Assembly: GCF_009914755.1 (NCBI RefSeq)
Contig: NC_060927.1
Reading direction: 5' to 3' (one strand)
DNA from: the human T2T-CHM13v2.0 reference genome, Homo sapiens
DNA length: 64,000 nucleotides
Part shown: positions 12,741 through 26,044 of the stretch, one piece after another
Position numbering within the stretch: the stretch's first letter is position 1
Layout: every line of letters begins with the position of its first letter
Program-made: the position numbers and the translations under genes
Notes under the pieces: model-generated
What the model saw: only the letters and a program-made list of their open reading frames with translations
Database searches by the model: none
What the model was told of the DNA's origin: nothing

Positions 12741-13389
12741 TATATTTTTATCAGCTTTATAAACTAAAAAGGAAAAATCTAAAATCATTCAACCAGTAGC
12801 TGATGTGCATATCTTTTGCAGATGCAACAATAAATTTAAACTTCCTGCATACAATTTTAGGGTGGCATTTTTCTTTTTCTCCTAATATTTCCAGAATCTG
12901 TCACTTTGGGCCTGTCTACCTAAACACATTTTAATAAGAAAAAAACTACTCTCAAAAAAATTCACCAATAGGTATAATGCTATGATCTGAAGCATAAAGT
13001 AATTCTACTAACATTAAAATTAAAAGTTGTTTTTCCAAATGAAGTTGGAAGTTGAACTTGAGAGTCTTACTAAAAAATAAAAAAAAGAGAACTATATACA
13101 AGATTCAACTTCAAATACAATGACTGGATAGATGACAAGGAAGCAGCAATGGTTCAAAAGCTGACACAGAATGACATCTGAAGGCTGAGTTCAGATCTAC
13201 TAACTGTTGGGCCAGCTAGCCACAACCACAATAGCCATGGAGCTGGTGCACTCTCTGAGATGGGCCATGCTGTTCAAATGAACCGTTTTGAGTATCTTAA
13301 CAGGTAACAGACATTACATAAAAGCTGGGGTACTGGATTTTCCATGGTGAAATGAAGCAACACATCTACTAAGGACATATCATTATTAC

Positions 13390-13461
13390 CCGGTGTTGTC
13401 CATGTAGGTTCAGGGCTTTTAGAAATTTTAGGTGTAATTGTTCCGGCACTTGTGGTTCTTT
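13390..13461 (-). CDS. ABI3BP: W15, 72 nt, phase 1-1: (E)RTTSAGTITPKISKSPEPTWTTP
   Basis: Acceptor cctttccatcaccag, donor CGG|gtaata. Confidence 0.95.
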
Positions 13462-14261
13462 CTGGTGATGGAAAGGAAAAAAATATTGAAATATCCTAGA
13501 GACAATAAAAAGACACCCTCTAAAGAGGAACTAAATGATCCATTTAAAATCCTGCCATATTTAGTAGTCAAAGTATACAATGAGTAAAAGTTTTGAGGAA
13601 GAATTGTTAAACTGTCATAACAGTATACATCATACAAAATTACATTTATCTTATAATGGAATAAGCAAAACCCAGTTGGTCAAGCATGATTCTGAGTATA
13701 TTGTTTGACAATGAAGAATTGACCTCCAGGTTAATAAGCATCTGTACCACCCAAACTCTGTGCTATAATATATATGTTATTCCCTTCTCCTTTTCTTCCA
13801 AATCCTACATGTATTTTGGGGTCTGTATCTTCAACTCTTTCTTGGAGCATTTACAAAAATATTACAGTCTTGGAAATAAGTTATGTAAATGTACGTTGTG
13901 CTGTCATTTTTATGTTTTATCTTCTCAAGGTTATAATCTATTTGAAAACCAGAGTCATGTCCTCTCTAACTCAGCCATTGCCCTGGTGAAAAACTGAAAA
14001 CAGAGTAGGTACCAAAAAAAATAGAAACATCACTCGAATGAACATTATAATAAACATGCACACCAAAAAACGAATTACATGTATCACTCTGTATTGCTAT
14101 GAGTGGGACTTGTTTCTAGGTTTTTACCAAAATTCACATGCAAAAATATAATTTTCAGTAAACCCCTTTTGGACACTTGAGTTTTGTTATTCTGCATTAT
14201 TAATTATTCATCTTTAGTTAATCTCAAATTTTGTAAAGAAACTAATCTATAAAACATATCC

Positions 14262-14512
14262 TTTTTTTTTTTCCCTGAGATAGAGTCTTGCTCTGTTGCC
14301 CAGGCTTGAGTGCAGTGTGCTATTATAGCCCACTGCAGCCTCAAACTTCTGGGCTCAAGAAGCACACCATGCCTGGCTAATTTTTTAAACTTTTGCAGAG
14401 ACGGGGTCTCACTAGCTTGCTCAGGCTGGTCTCAAATTCCTAGCCTCAAGTGATCCTCCTGCCTTGGCCTCCCAAAGTGCTGGAGTTGCAGGTGTGAGCC
14501 ACTGCACCTGGC
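14262..14512 (-). mobile_element. Alu (AluJ-like, internal deletion)
   Basis: Poly-T then antisense Alu; tatcctt TSD. Confidence 0.9.
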
Positions 14513-14587
14513 TATCCTTCTTACTATAAGAAAACGGACATTGTCTATCTGGAATTACATATCATGTAAATATAAAGAGACATTTAC

Positions 14588-14662
14588 CAGGTTTGGTTCT
14601 TGGCGGTTTGGGCCGGGGGCGTCGTTTAGGTGTAGAAGGGATAGATGTAGTTTGCTGGGGAG
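14588..14662 (-). CDS. ABI3BP: W14, 75 nt, phase 1-1: (A)PQQTTSIPSTPKRRPRPKPPRTKP
   Basis: Acceptor tcttctttcag, donor CTG|gtaaat. Confidence 0.95.
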
Positions 14663-15015
14663 CTGAAAGAAGATTTAATATAGCTTTGATAAATGATATT
14701 TTTCAGGGGTCAATCAGGTTGTGCCTGTAAATTTGCAAACTTCAAGTACAAGATCTGCTTTATATTTCCTTGTATCCTTAGAATGTCCAGTATACCTTGT
14801 TTTATACACAGGAGGTGCTCAATAAACAAGGGGTGACTGGGACAAAAGGTATAAAATTTCTACATGAGAATTGAAGATATACATTGTTCAATTAAATGTA
14901 TCAGAAGTGAGCAAGCACCCTTGAGGCATTTCAGAACACAAGGTACAATTAAGAACTCAAAAGGATGACATTGAATAGCAGGAGAGAAGCACAAATAATG
15001 GAAATTTGGAACTAC

Positions 15016-15317
15016 TTTTTTTTTTTTTTTTTTTTTTGGAGACAGAGTCTCACTCTGTCACCCAGGCTGGAGTGCGTGGCGCAACCTTGGCTCACTGTAA
15101 CCTTGGTTTCCCGAGTTCAAGCAATTCTTGCCTCAGCGTCCTGAGTAGCTGGGACTACAGGCATGTACCATGACGTCCGGCTAATTTTTGTATTTTGACT
15201 AGAGATGGGATTTCACCATTTTGGCCATGCTGGTCTTGAACTCCTGGCCTCATGTGATCTGCCTGCCTTGGCCTCCCAAAGTGCTGGGATTACAGGCGTG
15301 AGGCACCACACCCGGCC
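15016..15317 (-). mobile_element. Alu (AluS-like)
   Basis: T-tract then full antisense dimer. Confidence 0.95.
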
Positions 15318-15838
15318 CAGAACTTTAATTCTGTAGCTCTTTATTATCCCCACCAAGAGTCAATGAACTTCGCTATTTCAATAATTTTCTGTTATAAAAT
15401 GTAGGTTGTGTTACCTCTCTTTAACCATCTTTCTTCATCATGTCCAGGACTGCAAAGCCTACTTGGTGCTCTCTATACTTAGACTACTTTGGGTAAAATA
15501 CTTTGATCAAATGGTACCTAACTGTGCTAAGTAGAAGGGAACATATTTTGAAATAATTATCTATAATTCTGCTGCTAGTTTCCAGCTGGCAAAGTTGAAA
15601 GAAGAGTTGGAAGGAAACAATTCCTCAAAATATATAGTCATCAGGATTGTGAAAATTCTTTAAGGATAATCATAAGGCTAAGTAGTCAGATTCTTGGAAG
15701 AATTTCATGGTAGAGACTGAAGGGAAATATTTAGCAAAAACAAACAAAAGAAAAACAAAATTCTGAAATGGCCAACATGACTTCTCACATTACCTGTTTC
15801 GTCAATGCATACATAACTACATAAATGTCATTAGTTAC

Positions 15839-15913
15839 CAGGTGTCGTAGGCTGCATTTCTGGACTGGTAAAGATTTCCAGTTTTTGAGGAACAAATGGT
15901 GTTTCACTTGGAG
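15839..15913 (-). CDS. ABI3BP: W13, 75 nt, phase 1-1: (A)PSETPFVPQKLEIFTSPEMQPTTP
   Basis: Acceptor tttgtgctttcag, donor CTG|gtaact. Confidence 0.95.
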
Positions 15914-16453
15914 CTGAAAGCACAAACACCCCAACCCATCAAATAATCCCAGTTAAAATGAGGTATTTGAAGAATTTTAACATGCTTTTAGATGGTATAA
16001 AGCACATGCCACGAGTACATGATTAAAGATGAAAAATGCATGTAGTCTTGAAAGCTAGTGAATAAAATTCTGATTTAAAGTAGGGAAAAGGCTAGAATGA
16101 TGATTGTTCAGTAGATGACTTCAGGCAGACTTGATGCATGGAAGTAAAGTGACACAGGCCACAAACATGTGAAGTGAGATGGTGCAGGTGATGACGTCCA
16201 TGCAGTTTTCAAAGCTTTCACAACTAAAAGGATAGGGAAAATATTATCTATTACAGCTCAAAAAAATAAAATAGAGCCCTAAATGGAACGTAAAAGATGA
16301 CTGCATTTAAAATATATAGATGTATATATTGAGAAATAGGATAGATAAATGATTAGATGTGATGGAATGAAATGGTCATTTGGAAGAAAGGCATTCACAT
16401 GATTTTTTTTTTTGATGGAAAATAAAGTATGATTTTTCTGTTAAAAACATTAC

Positions 16454-16528
16454 CCAGTGTTGCCCTTGGCTGTTCAAGAGTTCTAGAAGTTTTAGGTGGG
16501 ATAGAATCCAGAATACGATCACTTGTTG
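16454..16528 (-). CDS. ABI3BP: W12, 75 nt, phase 1-1: (A)TSDRILDSIPPKTSRTLEQPRATL
   Basis: Acceptor ttattccaacag, donor TGG|gtaatg. Confidence 0.95.
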
Positions 16529-17128
16529 CTGTTGGAATAAATGTCAACATTTGTAAAAGCAGTAGAAGGCCCCAGGAATAAAATACAAATTCATGAGTAA
16601 TAAATTATGCCTCATATGAGGAAAAATATCAAGAATACTTGAGGGCTTGCTGGCCCACATTTTAAAACTAGTGATACATCAGGAGTTGAAGATGAGCTCA
16701 CTTTAAAAAACATACATACTTTAAATATTAGAAACCATGATTAAACAGTGTTTTATACATTCAACTGGTTTTCAACACGTTTTTCTGGTTTCCTCCATTT
16801 TGTTTCATAATTGCTAACTGAACTCACCACTGACATTCTATTTCATTGTTTTATTTTCTGCTCTTTAAAATTATTCATCTTTATTTACCATGACACAAAT
16901 AATATTATACATACAAAAAATATCAGACATATATCTATACCTGGCAGAAACCAGTCTTACTCCCTTTGAATCTCCTACAGTACCCAGTTTAGTAGGTGTT
17001 TGATAAACATTTGCTGAAAGGAGCTGTCGGACTGAGGTAACTCACTATAGATGGGTCAGTAATTGAATGCCAAAGATTAAACCCAATTGAACTGCTACAG
17101 CCGAATGAATTATGTGACTGTTCTACAT

Positions 17129-17348
17129 CAAGGTTTCTCACGTTAGCACTATTGACAATTAGGGTCAAATAATCTGTGCTGTGGGAGGCTGCCTGTGTAC
17201 TGCAGGGGTTTGGCAGCACCCCTCATCTCTACCCACTAGATGCTAGGAGTGCTTCCCCAAGTTGTGACAACCAAAACTGTCTCCACATTAGCAAATATCC
17301 TGGGGAAGGTATGGGAGTTGAAAATTACCCCCCATTTGAGAACTACTG
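17129..17348. mobile_element. MER20 DNA transposon (hAT-Charlie)
   Basis: ggtttctca...gcactattgaca...tctctacccactagatgc...gtgacaaccaaaa...ttgagaactactg matches the MER20 consensus as I recall it. Confidence 0.85.
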
Positions 17349-17668
17349 CTCCAGACAAAACCCTCTAGAAACTCGAAGACCTTTTTATGATTCTGAACAA
17401 TTCATTAAGCTATTACATTACTTTTCCTCAGTGGCAACCAAATCTATCTGCATCTCCCTTATGTGACAGAGCTTATTTACTGAGAGATGTAAAGAACTAA
17501 TCACTCTATGGGAGGAGTGGGTAAAACACAACTCCCTGACACAGGTAGAAATTTCTCCCATGCAGAGCTCCAGAGGATACAATTTTCCACTCTGCAAAAA
17601 CTAAAGGAAGAACCACCAAGTGTTGGAACACCTGGGATCCAAAGACAGAATTGAGAGGCCAGATATAC

Positions 17669-17734
17669 CTGTGTAGGAATCTGATATCTCAGGCTCATCT
17701 GATGTTGTAGGGCTTGAGAAAACATCATAAGTTG
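17669..17734 (-). CDS. ABI3BP: W11, 66 nt, phase 1-1: (A)TYDVFSSPTTSDEPEISDSYT
   Basis: Acceptor T16-aag, donor CAG|gtatat. Confidence 0.94.
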
Positions 17735-19824
17735 CTTAAAAAAAAAAAAAAAAGGCAAAACAAGAGAGATGTTAATTTTGGTTAAATTTGATTAATTTAG
17801 AAAGATTACATGACATGTTGTAATGCTGGTTGAAGGACAGTTTTATGTAGGTACTGGTGCATTTTGGCTCCAGGCTGCCAACCTTGTCACTAACATCTAA
17901 GCACCGAAACTCGCCTTTGGTCCTTTTTTGCTCTGAACCGCAGGATTTTATATAGTGAGCCCTGATGCTGGCCTCCAGGGTGATGAGAACATAGTGCTAT
18001 ATATTTATAATCATGCAGTGCCAGCTGTAAATCAAAGAGCTGCAAAGAGTATAAACATAAATAAAGTCAGATGGCAGTTTGGGGAGAGATTTTCAAAGAA
18101 GGAAAACAGCAGTCCCATTGAGGCAATTTGCCCAAAGTCTATTGCTCAGTCTTTCTGCTTAGTAAAAGTTACTGTTACAATATCTTATGTATGGACAGCA
18201 CTTCACAGTTTGCAGAGACTTACTCATACATCAACTTATTGAACCCTTTTAACATCCCTGAGAAATAGGTGAGGTAGGCAGTAGCCCCACTTTGTAGACA
18301 ATAGGAGGTTATCTCCATTTTTTAGATAACCAAGTTGTGGTTTATAGCATGAACACATCTGCCAGTGGTCACACACTGAAATTGTCCCATCCAGTGTATT
18401 TTCCTTTCCTTCAGCAGGACCAGAAACAGCAGGGCTAAAACCAGGATTCTCTTTTGGCACCTTCCCCTCCTGACATGTTACCTAGAGGCAGCTTTCTGTG
18501 CTTCTCCATACAGCCATGAGCCTTTCTCGAGTTTGGGCAGGTTTAAAGATAAATTTTCTATTCTGTACAAAGGAAAGTAGTATGAGCTTAAATATAAAGA
18601 TTGACTTATTTTAATATGGGGATAATTTTCATGTTCACATAAGAGTTGAACCTGCAAGCAAAAACAGCATCACAAAGTGTTCTCTTTCCTGTACAAACAG
18701 CTGTCACTGTGGTCACGAGGGATATAGAGAACACATGAATTATTACGAAGTAGATGTTGCTTTTCTTGTCCATTCAAAATGGCAGCACAGAAATCAAGAA
18801 GAAAGGAGCTCACAGGAAGACGTAGTCATTGGGGTTACTTGTAATTCAATGACAGTTTAATGCTTTTGAGCCAGTGCTGGTTGAAGCTGTAAGAAAGATA
18901 GTATCAGACCATGTGACATCCTCTGAAAGTAGACAGCATTTTATATTGTACTACATACTAAAGAGGCAGGAAATACATTGCAATGTGTGAAGGTGAATCT
19001 ACTATTTCACAAAATCCTCAAAAATAGCAAGAATATTGTGAGTTAAAGATATGCACACATTCTGAGAATGCATCTATTATATTGTAATGTCAAGTTTCCT
19101 TTAGCCTTGCTGTCATTTTAAAAGGTCAGATAAGAATGACTAATTTTTTAAAAGATTAATCAAAAGTGCCCGCAATTTCTGATCTTAAGCTTATTTTCAG
19201 CCAATTTCAAGTCATGGATCTGGCACGGTCAGCTCTATCTCCTACAAAATAAGAAAAACTTTGCCAACTTGTATTTAATCCTCTCACACTAGGTAAGAAA
19301 CTATGAGTTAATGGCTTTTTATTTCTATTGTTGCTTTTGAAAAATGTCATGACTGTCTTTGTTATCCTAACTCCTAAAGCTCCCTTCCATTTAGTGACAT
19401 TGGACCAATTTTCCTATAGTCTGTATTTTGTTCCAAAAGATGATATTTATTCACTCTTTTTACCTATTTTTCATATTTACAATTTCTTTTCAATCAGGAG
19501 GCTCCAAGCCAGGCATCCATCTCCCCTCATTATTCCCATAAGGCATTCGCTGGGGAAAGAAGCCTTTCTTCCATCATCCTTTGGCAACTGTGGCTCAAAT
19601 CTGGAAGTTCCCAATTTTCAGGGATCCCTTAACTTCCAAACATTTTATCAAATACACTTAAGACAAAAATAAGACATTTGCCAGCATACTTTGTTTTTAA
19701 TATTTCTATTTCTGTAGTTTCCAAGAGTTGGAAATAAAAAGAGTGCTAAAAAGCCACATATGCCACTAAAAGTTTTATGTTGTTTGGTCAGCTTTAAGCA
19801 GCACACCACACCTCATTTCATTTA

Positions 19825-20174
<350 letters not shown>

Positions 20175-20724
20175 GAGATGTCGGGGGAGAGGACAGTGTT
20201 GAAATAGAGTTCTTTGAAAAGCTCCCTAACAATCAACAGCTCTTGATTTCTTTATAAAACCCTTCTATATACATGCCTATACCTGAGAAAAATTCATGAA
20301 ATTGTTAGGCCTGGTTTCTAAAAGCTACACTAGCTATAAAATTGATAAGTAGCCAAGAGTTAAGGGTGAACCCTTCTGTATGGTAGCCTGTAAATTATCA
20401 TATATTATTACTTAGAGGCAAACTTCTATCACTATGCTTATTGTAGTGGGTGAAATGCTACAGCTATAAGACATTAAGCAGTATTTCTGATTTTGCATTC
20501 ACAGAACATACATGGGACCAAAAGTTGTAGGTTAAATCGAATGCAACAAATAAAATAGATAATTCAATTTACAGGTTATAAAAGTCAACATTAGATTATT
20601 TCAAAAAATAGTAATGACTTACAGTCATAACTAAGTTTTACTTTCAGATTTTCCAGAGGAAAAAATAATATGAAATAACTTGCATTACCATTTGCTCTAC
20701 ACCTTCTTAAAACTACTTTGTTAA

Positions 20725-21024
<300 letters not shown>

Positions 21025-24000
21025 CTAAATTATGTTTTGTTGATAGTACATTTTAGTTTTACTTTGAAAAACTGACTAGATGCAAAGCCCCCAATAAAAA
21101 TGCCCTGATACTGCTCTGGAAACATGTGATGGCATACAGGCAAACCATTGCATATGATCAAGACTTTATCTTATTCAAATCCTTTGAATATTAGTAACTA
21201 TGTGAAAACTTCCTTTTTAACATTAACTCTTAGACAAAAGACCTCATTAATGGAGAAATTGTGTCTATCATGCTCATTATGCTTATCACGACTTACTTAA
21301 TCCAGAAACTGGTACATGGTGGATACTCAGCAGAATTAATCTGCAAGATGTCCATTACAATAAACAGTAACAGTGAGTTTGATGGTTGGGTAGCTTAAGC
21401 TCTTAGTAAGGATAACTTTCTGGCTTAGTTTGGAGAATAAATGAAAACATGTCTTTTAATTATGTTATGATGTGCACGTGTGTACACACAAATCTCTTCC
21501 TCTACTACACAAATACCTGGCATACACTTGTGTAGACATACCCTGTCATGGAAATGGAATTCTAAAAAAAATATATGAAGGAGCAATGAGAAAAATACAG
21601 CAAGTAGCTAGAGGAGAAAAACAATACCACACACAGAGTTCACAGTACCACTTAAATACATTGATAATGCTTTCTTCAGTGAGTGGAAAAACAAAATATC
21701 TTTCTAGTTGGCCTGGAAATTTGTGAAAATATTGCCTGCAAGAAAATATTCATTAAAATGTTCATGAAATAAAATTAAAGGCTGAAGATATAAATCTCTT
21801 CAAAGCCACAGTGAATCTACAAAACATCTGCTATACCTGAAATCTGTTTTCCTACTCTCAAAGCATCAACACCACAACCTACTCCTTCGTTTTCTCCTCT
21901 TTTGAACTCAATCCAGTTGGGTGGGCCAGATCTGTGCTAATCAACACCTTACAGGGCAGACAGATAATAAATGAGCATGTCCTTATATGTTTACTTCTTT
22001 TCAACCACTCTTAGCAAACCACCTGCTGCCAAAACTTTCTAACCAATCTACTACTCCTTGGGCATACTGATGACTGCAGCTTTCAAGCCTTGAAATGATA
22101 TATAGGACTCAATACAGATGCAATTTACTCTACTTCTACAAAGTACTGTAAGAATTTAACACTGAAAATAATTAGTGATGACCTCCTAAAGGAAGCTCCC
22201 AAAGAAAAATCTAATGGAAAAACTGAAGCTGACCATGCTTGGTTCTCTCTGTCAAGGGAAGTCTCTACAAGATAACTGTATATGATTCAAGAGGAAATTA
22301 TACCAGAATAAGTAGCAGCTTAGTAACAAGTAACAGTAAAGTTGGAGCAACATTTGGTTTTTGTGGACACTTGGGAGAAGAACAGGCAGGAGGATTTCCT
22401 AAGGATGAAAACAAACACTTCAAATTAATGGGTTTGCAAGCATTGTCTTTATTTGCTTTTGAAACTCTCCTGGTACTCAATGATGGTCTTTTAAGGTTAC
22501 AATTAAGTAAATTAAGGAGGCTTAACACTTATGGCATTATCAAACTAGAAACAAAAAGCTCATTTCCACATAACCTCCCAACCCATATTAAGTCTTTAGA
22601 AGTCGTGCACACACCCATCTGTGGGATGATAAATACATGGCATTTATGCTGCTTCTCCTTCCCTGGTGCCCACAGAAAACACAGCAAGTTGATAGTGGCA
22701 TTATTTTGCTCATTGATCCAAGAAGGACCTCAGAGCCCAGTTTATAGAGTGATTCTTGCTGCCACCGTAACTGAAGAGAGAGACTATGTGATATGATTTA
22801 CCATCCTTGCTGTAGGGGTAATAGGACATTAGGCTATTCCCAGGGGGCGGGCACAACCTCTGAGTAATAATGCATGTCTTTTCCATTCTCAAACTTTTTT
22901 TTACAAGTGAAATGAAGACCCATAGATCATTTGGTATGATTGTATACATATAAAATGAGCTTAGAGTTTTTTTCTTCTCTCCTCCTCATGTTTTATTAAG
23001 TAATTTAAAAGCATAATTGCTATTATTGATTATATGTAGCAATTCAGGAAGTTGGGATAAACAGTATGATGTGAAGGGGTGGCAGCCAATGCAAGATTTC
23101 ATTGTATTAAGGAAATGAAAACAAGGCACCCCTTTATATATTGTGCATTATATTAAGTAATTTATACATTATTTCTAAGACGTAACCACCTGGTGAAAAA
23201 TTTATACCTTATTTCCATTTTATAGATGGAACAAGTTATTTAACTGGTAGTTGAGCTGGCTATTAACCTAGCTCTATCCCACCTTAGATCTCACAGATTT
23301 GTGATCACACTCACAACGAGAATAAGCTTCAGGGACTGGCTGGCCTCTCACAGATCATGTGATGTTTCTTATACACCATATCTGGAAGGCACATGGCCCC
23401 AGTAATAACATTTAATTTCCTCAGTTGTAAAGGCTGTTCTCAAATTTTCAGAGCAAGCTATATGTCATTGCTTTACTTTTAACTTGGAGTGGTTTATTGA
23501 ATAATATATTAGGAAAGAAATGAATGAGCCTAATTTTTCCCCCCTCTAACCCATTCGGAGTTAAGTTCCTCTTGTATCACTTTAAGATAAAAGACAATAA
23601 TTCTGCCAGTTTCTAGGGACTTTGGAAGTCTCAATATGATGGTATATAATAGCCCCTTGAATCTCCTAGAAGAAAATTGCTATGCAAACACAAATTATTG
23701 TATTCCAGTAGAGAAATGATCCAACAAGCAGGTGCACATACGTGCACATGCACAATTCATCTGAATGGAAGACACGGAGAACTTTTCTAGCGCTTGCTCC
23801 TTAACAACACTGAGATTATAGTTAACTAGCTACTTTACAATAAAACATGAACCAATTTTATTGCATCATCAGAAAGACTGACTTTTTGTGAAATATTGTC
23901 ACAAGCAGTTAAGTTCTAAAGTGTGGTCAACTTCCTCTAGATACAAAATTTATAGGTAATTTTATATTCTGATACATAATTATAGAGAAGGTTTTCATGA

Positions 24001-24450
24001 TTACCTTTATATATTTTAAGGAAAGTTAGATTTGCCAAGGGAATCAAAATCAATCAATTTCATTTCAACATACTTTATAGAAGGTTTAATGCAAAATGCA
24101 ATTCCAAATAATGAAATCACAAAATGCAGCACTAATGACAGATCAGGATAAATAGGCTGAATGCAGGAAGAATATATTTGATGACTACACATCTCAGATT
24201 TCCTGGGATATTCCAAATTTCAAATATTCTGTCCCCTGGTTGCCAAAAACTGTTGAAATGACCCAGGAATTTCAATATTCAGTGTGCAAGTTAGAATTTT
24301 CATAGAGTCTTTTATATCCAAGAATGGTACAGAAATCTTTTTGAGTACACATATTCTGATTTGCTGATACAGAATATGTTGAAAACAAATCCAGAAAATA
24401 GTAAAGCAAAATAAACTTTACAAAAAGTACGATAAATCTCATTTAATGGC

Positions 24451-25017
24451 TGATAAAGAGAAAAGCAGCCCCAGGCATCCAGGAGCTGGTCTAGTACCCA
24501 CAGGTAGGCTGTGGTGTTTGTTCTCCTGTTGAACATCAACAATTCCAAAGGATGCCAATATCAGACAAGACCACTCTCTGATCATGATGGATCAAGACAA
24601 AAACAAGACCAGTCTCTAATTATGTGGCACACAGACAAAAACATGAACATCACCCAGAGCACAAACATTACCCTCCCCACCTTCTGGCTGATACGAGTAG
24701 ATGTGGCTTCTCAACCAGTCACAGCTTTAGCTTCCCTCTGCTGGTCTTGCCTTCTAATTAATTATGAAGACATTCAATCACAGAATTACTCCCAATTTCT
24801 GACTGCATCCAATTCAGAGCAAAGTTTTACTGCCTTGGACCCTTCCCTCAATCATTTAACACAAGACAAACTCTTACAATAAGTCTTTTCTATCATCTTC
24901 TAAGAGATCCCCCAGTTTATCATGGTCTGTGTTCTCCATCATTGTAATAAGTAAATGAATGTAAATTTGTTCAACTACAAGTGTGTTCTGCTGGTCGTTG
25001 GCTGAAAGGAATTGATA
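24451..25017 (+). mobile_element. Old ERV solo LTR (MER89/MER67-like; subfamily uncertain)
   Basis: ccaggagctgg...ctcctgttgaacat...cagacaagaccactct...gatggatcaagacaaaaacaagacc...ttgttcaactacaagtgtgttc. Confidence 0.65.
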
Positions 25018-25105
25018 TAGTAAATATAGATGCATCATACCCCAACAGAGAAAACAGAATGTGCTCATTTGGCTGTAATAATGTCATTAATACCAGTTAA
25101 AAATA

Positions 25106-25184
25106 TTAGGTTGGTGCAAATGTAATTGTGGCTTTTGCCATTAAAAGTAATGGCAAAAACTGCAATTATGTTTGCACCAACCTA
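25106..25184. mobile_element. MADE1 (Hsmar1 MITE), near full length
   Basis: ttaggttggtgcaaa...tttgcaccaaccta palindromic TIRs with TA flanks. Confidence 0.93.
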
Positions 25185-25692
25185 TATTATGTTTCTTTAA
25201 AAGATACTGCAACTAAAAATGGGATTCATGGTTTTGTGGACCACCATTTAAACACTATCTCTACCTGTCTCTTTTGTCAGTTCTCAAAATAGTTGCTTTA
25301 GGAAGCTGTGTGAGTAATTGGAAAATAAAATACCTATTATGTATGTTGAAACTAAATGGGAAATAGAACATTAGTACACATGTAAATTTGCACAAAATCA
25401 AAAGAAACAAAGGCTGAAATAAAAGGGCTACATAAATATACCACTCTTTAAATCACAGATACTACATTTGTTATTAAATTTTAATTTGAAATGTAACGTA
25501 AGTTAGGAAGATGCCACAGAGCACTTACACTAGAAATGGAAGCGTTGCACACTAGCAGAAACAAGAGATACTTAACTACCCACTTTGAAAAATCAAGCTT
25601 GTATTGATTTGAGGCCTATGGTGCTATAACCAACTACACCCGATGATTCTTACTGGTACCATGTAAAAACACTATAAACTACATCGATAAGG

Positions 25693-26044
25693 TAGCGCTT
25701 CTCAAACTTTAATGTTCAATACAAAAATTAGCCAGGCATGGTGGCAGGTGCCTGTAATCTCAGCTACTCAGGAGGCTGAGGCAGGAGAATCGCTTGAACC
25801 CAGGAGGCAAAGGTTGCAGTGAGCCGAGATCGCACCCATCGCACTCCAGCCTGGGAGACAAGAGCAAACTCCATCTCAAAAAACAAAAACAAAAACAAAA
25901 ACTTTAATGTTCATATCGCCTGGGCATCTTGTTGGAAAGCAGATCTTGTTTCAATAGATCTAGAGTGGAGCCCAAGTTCTGCCTTTTCAACAAGTTCCCG
26001 GGTGATGCCAAATGCTATTGGACTGAGGATCATGCTAAGTAGCA
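25693..26044. mobile_element. MER5-type DNA element interrupted by an Alu
   Basis: gcttctcaaactttaatgttca|...cctgggcatcttgtt...gcagat...caacaagttcccgggtgatgcc. Confidence 0.7.
25719..25898 (+). mobile_element. 5'-truncated Alu (right arm only)
   Basis: Starts at the linker ATACAAAAATTAGCC; 15-bp TSD aaactttaatgttca at 25704-25718 and 25899-25913. Confidence 0.93.

Noticed and set aside
22239-22796. Longest ORF in the track (185 aa, + strand)
   Set aside because: Starts at TTG, no recognisable domain, antisense intronic, no supporting gene structure; compatible with chance.
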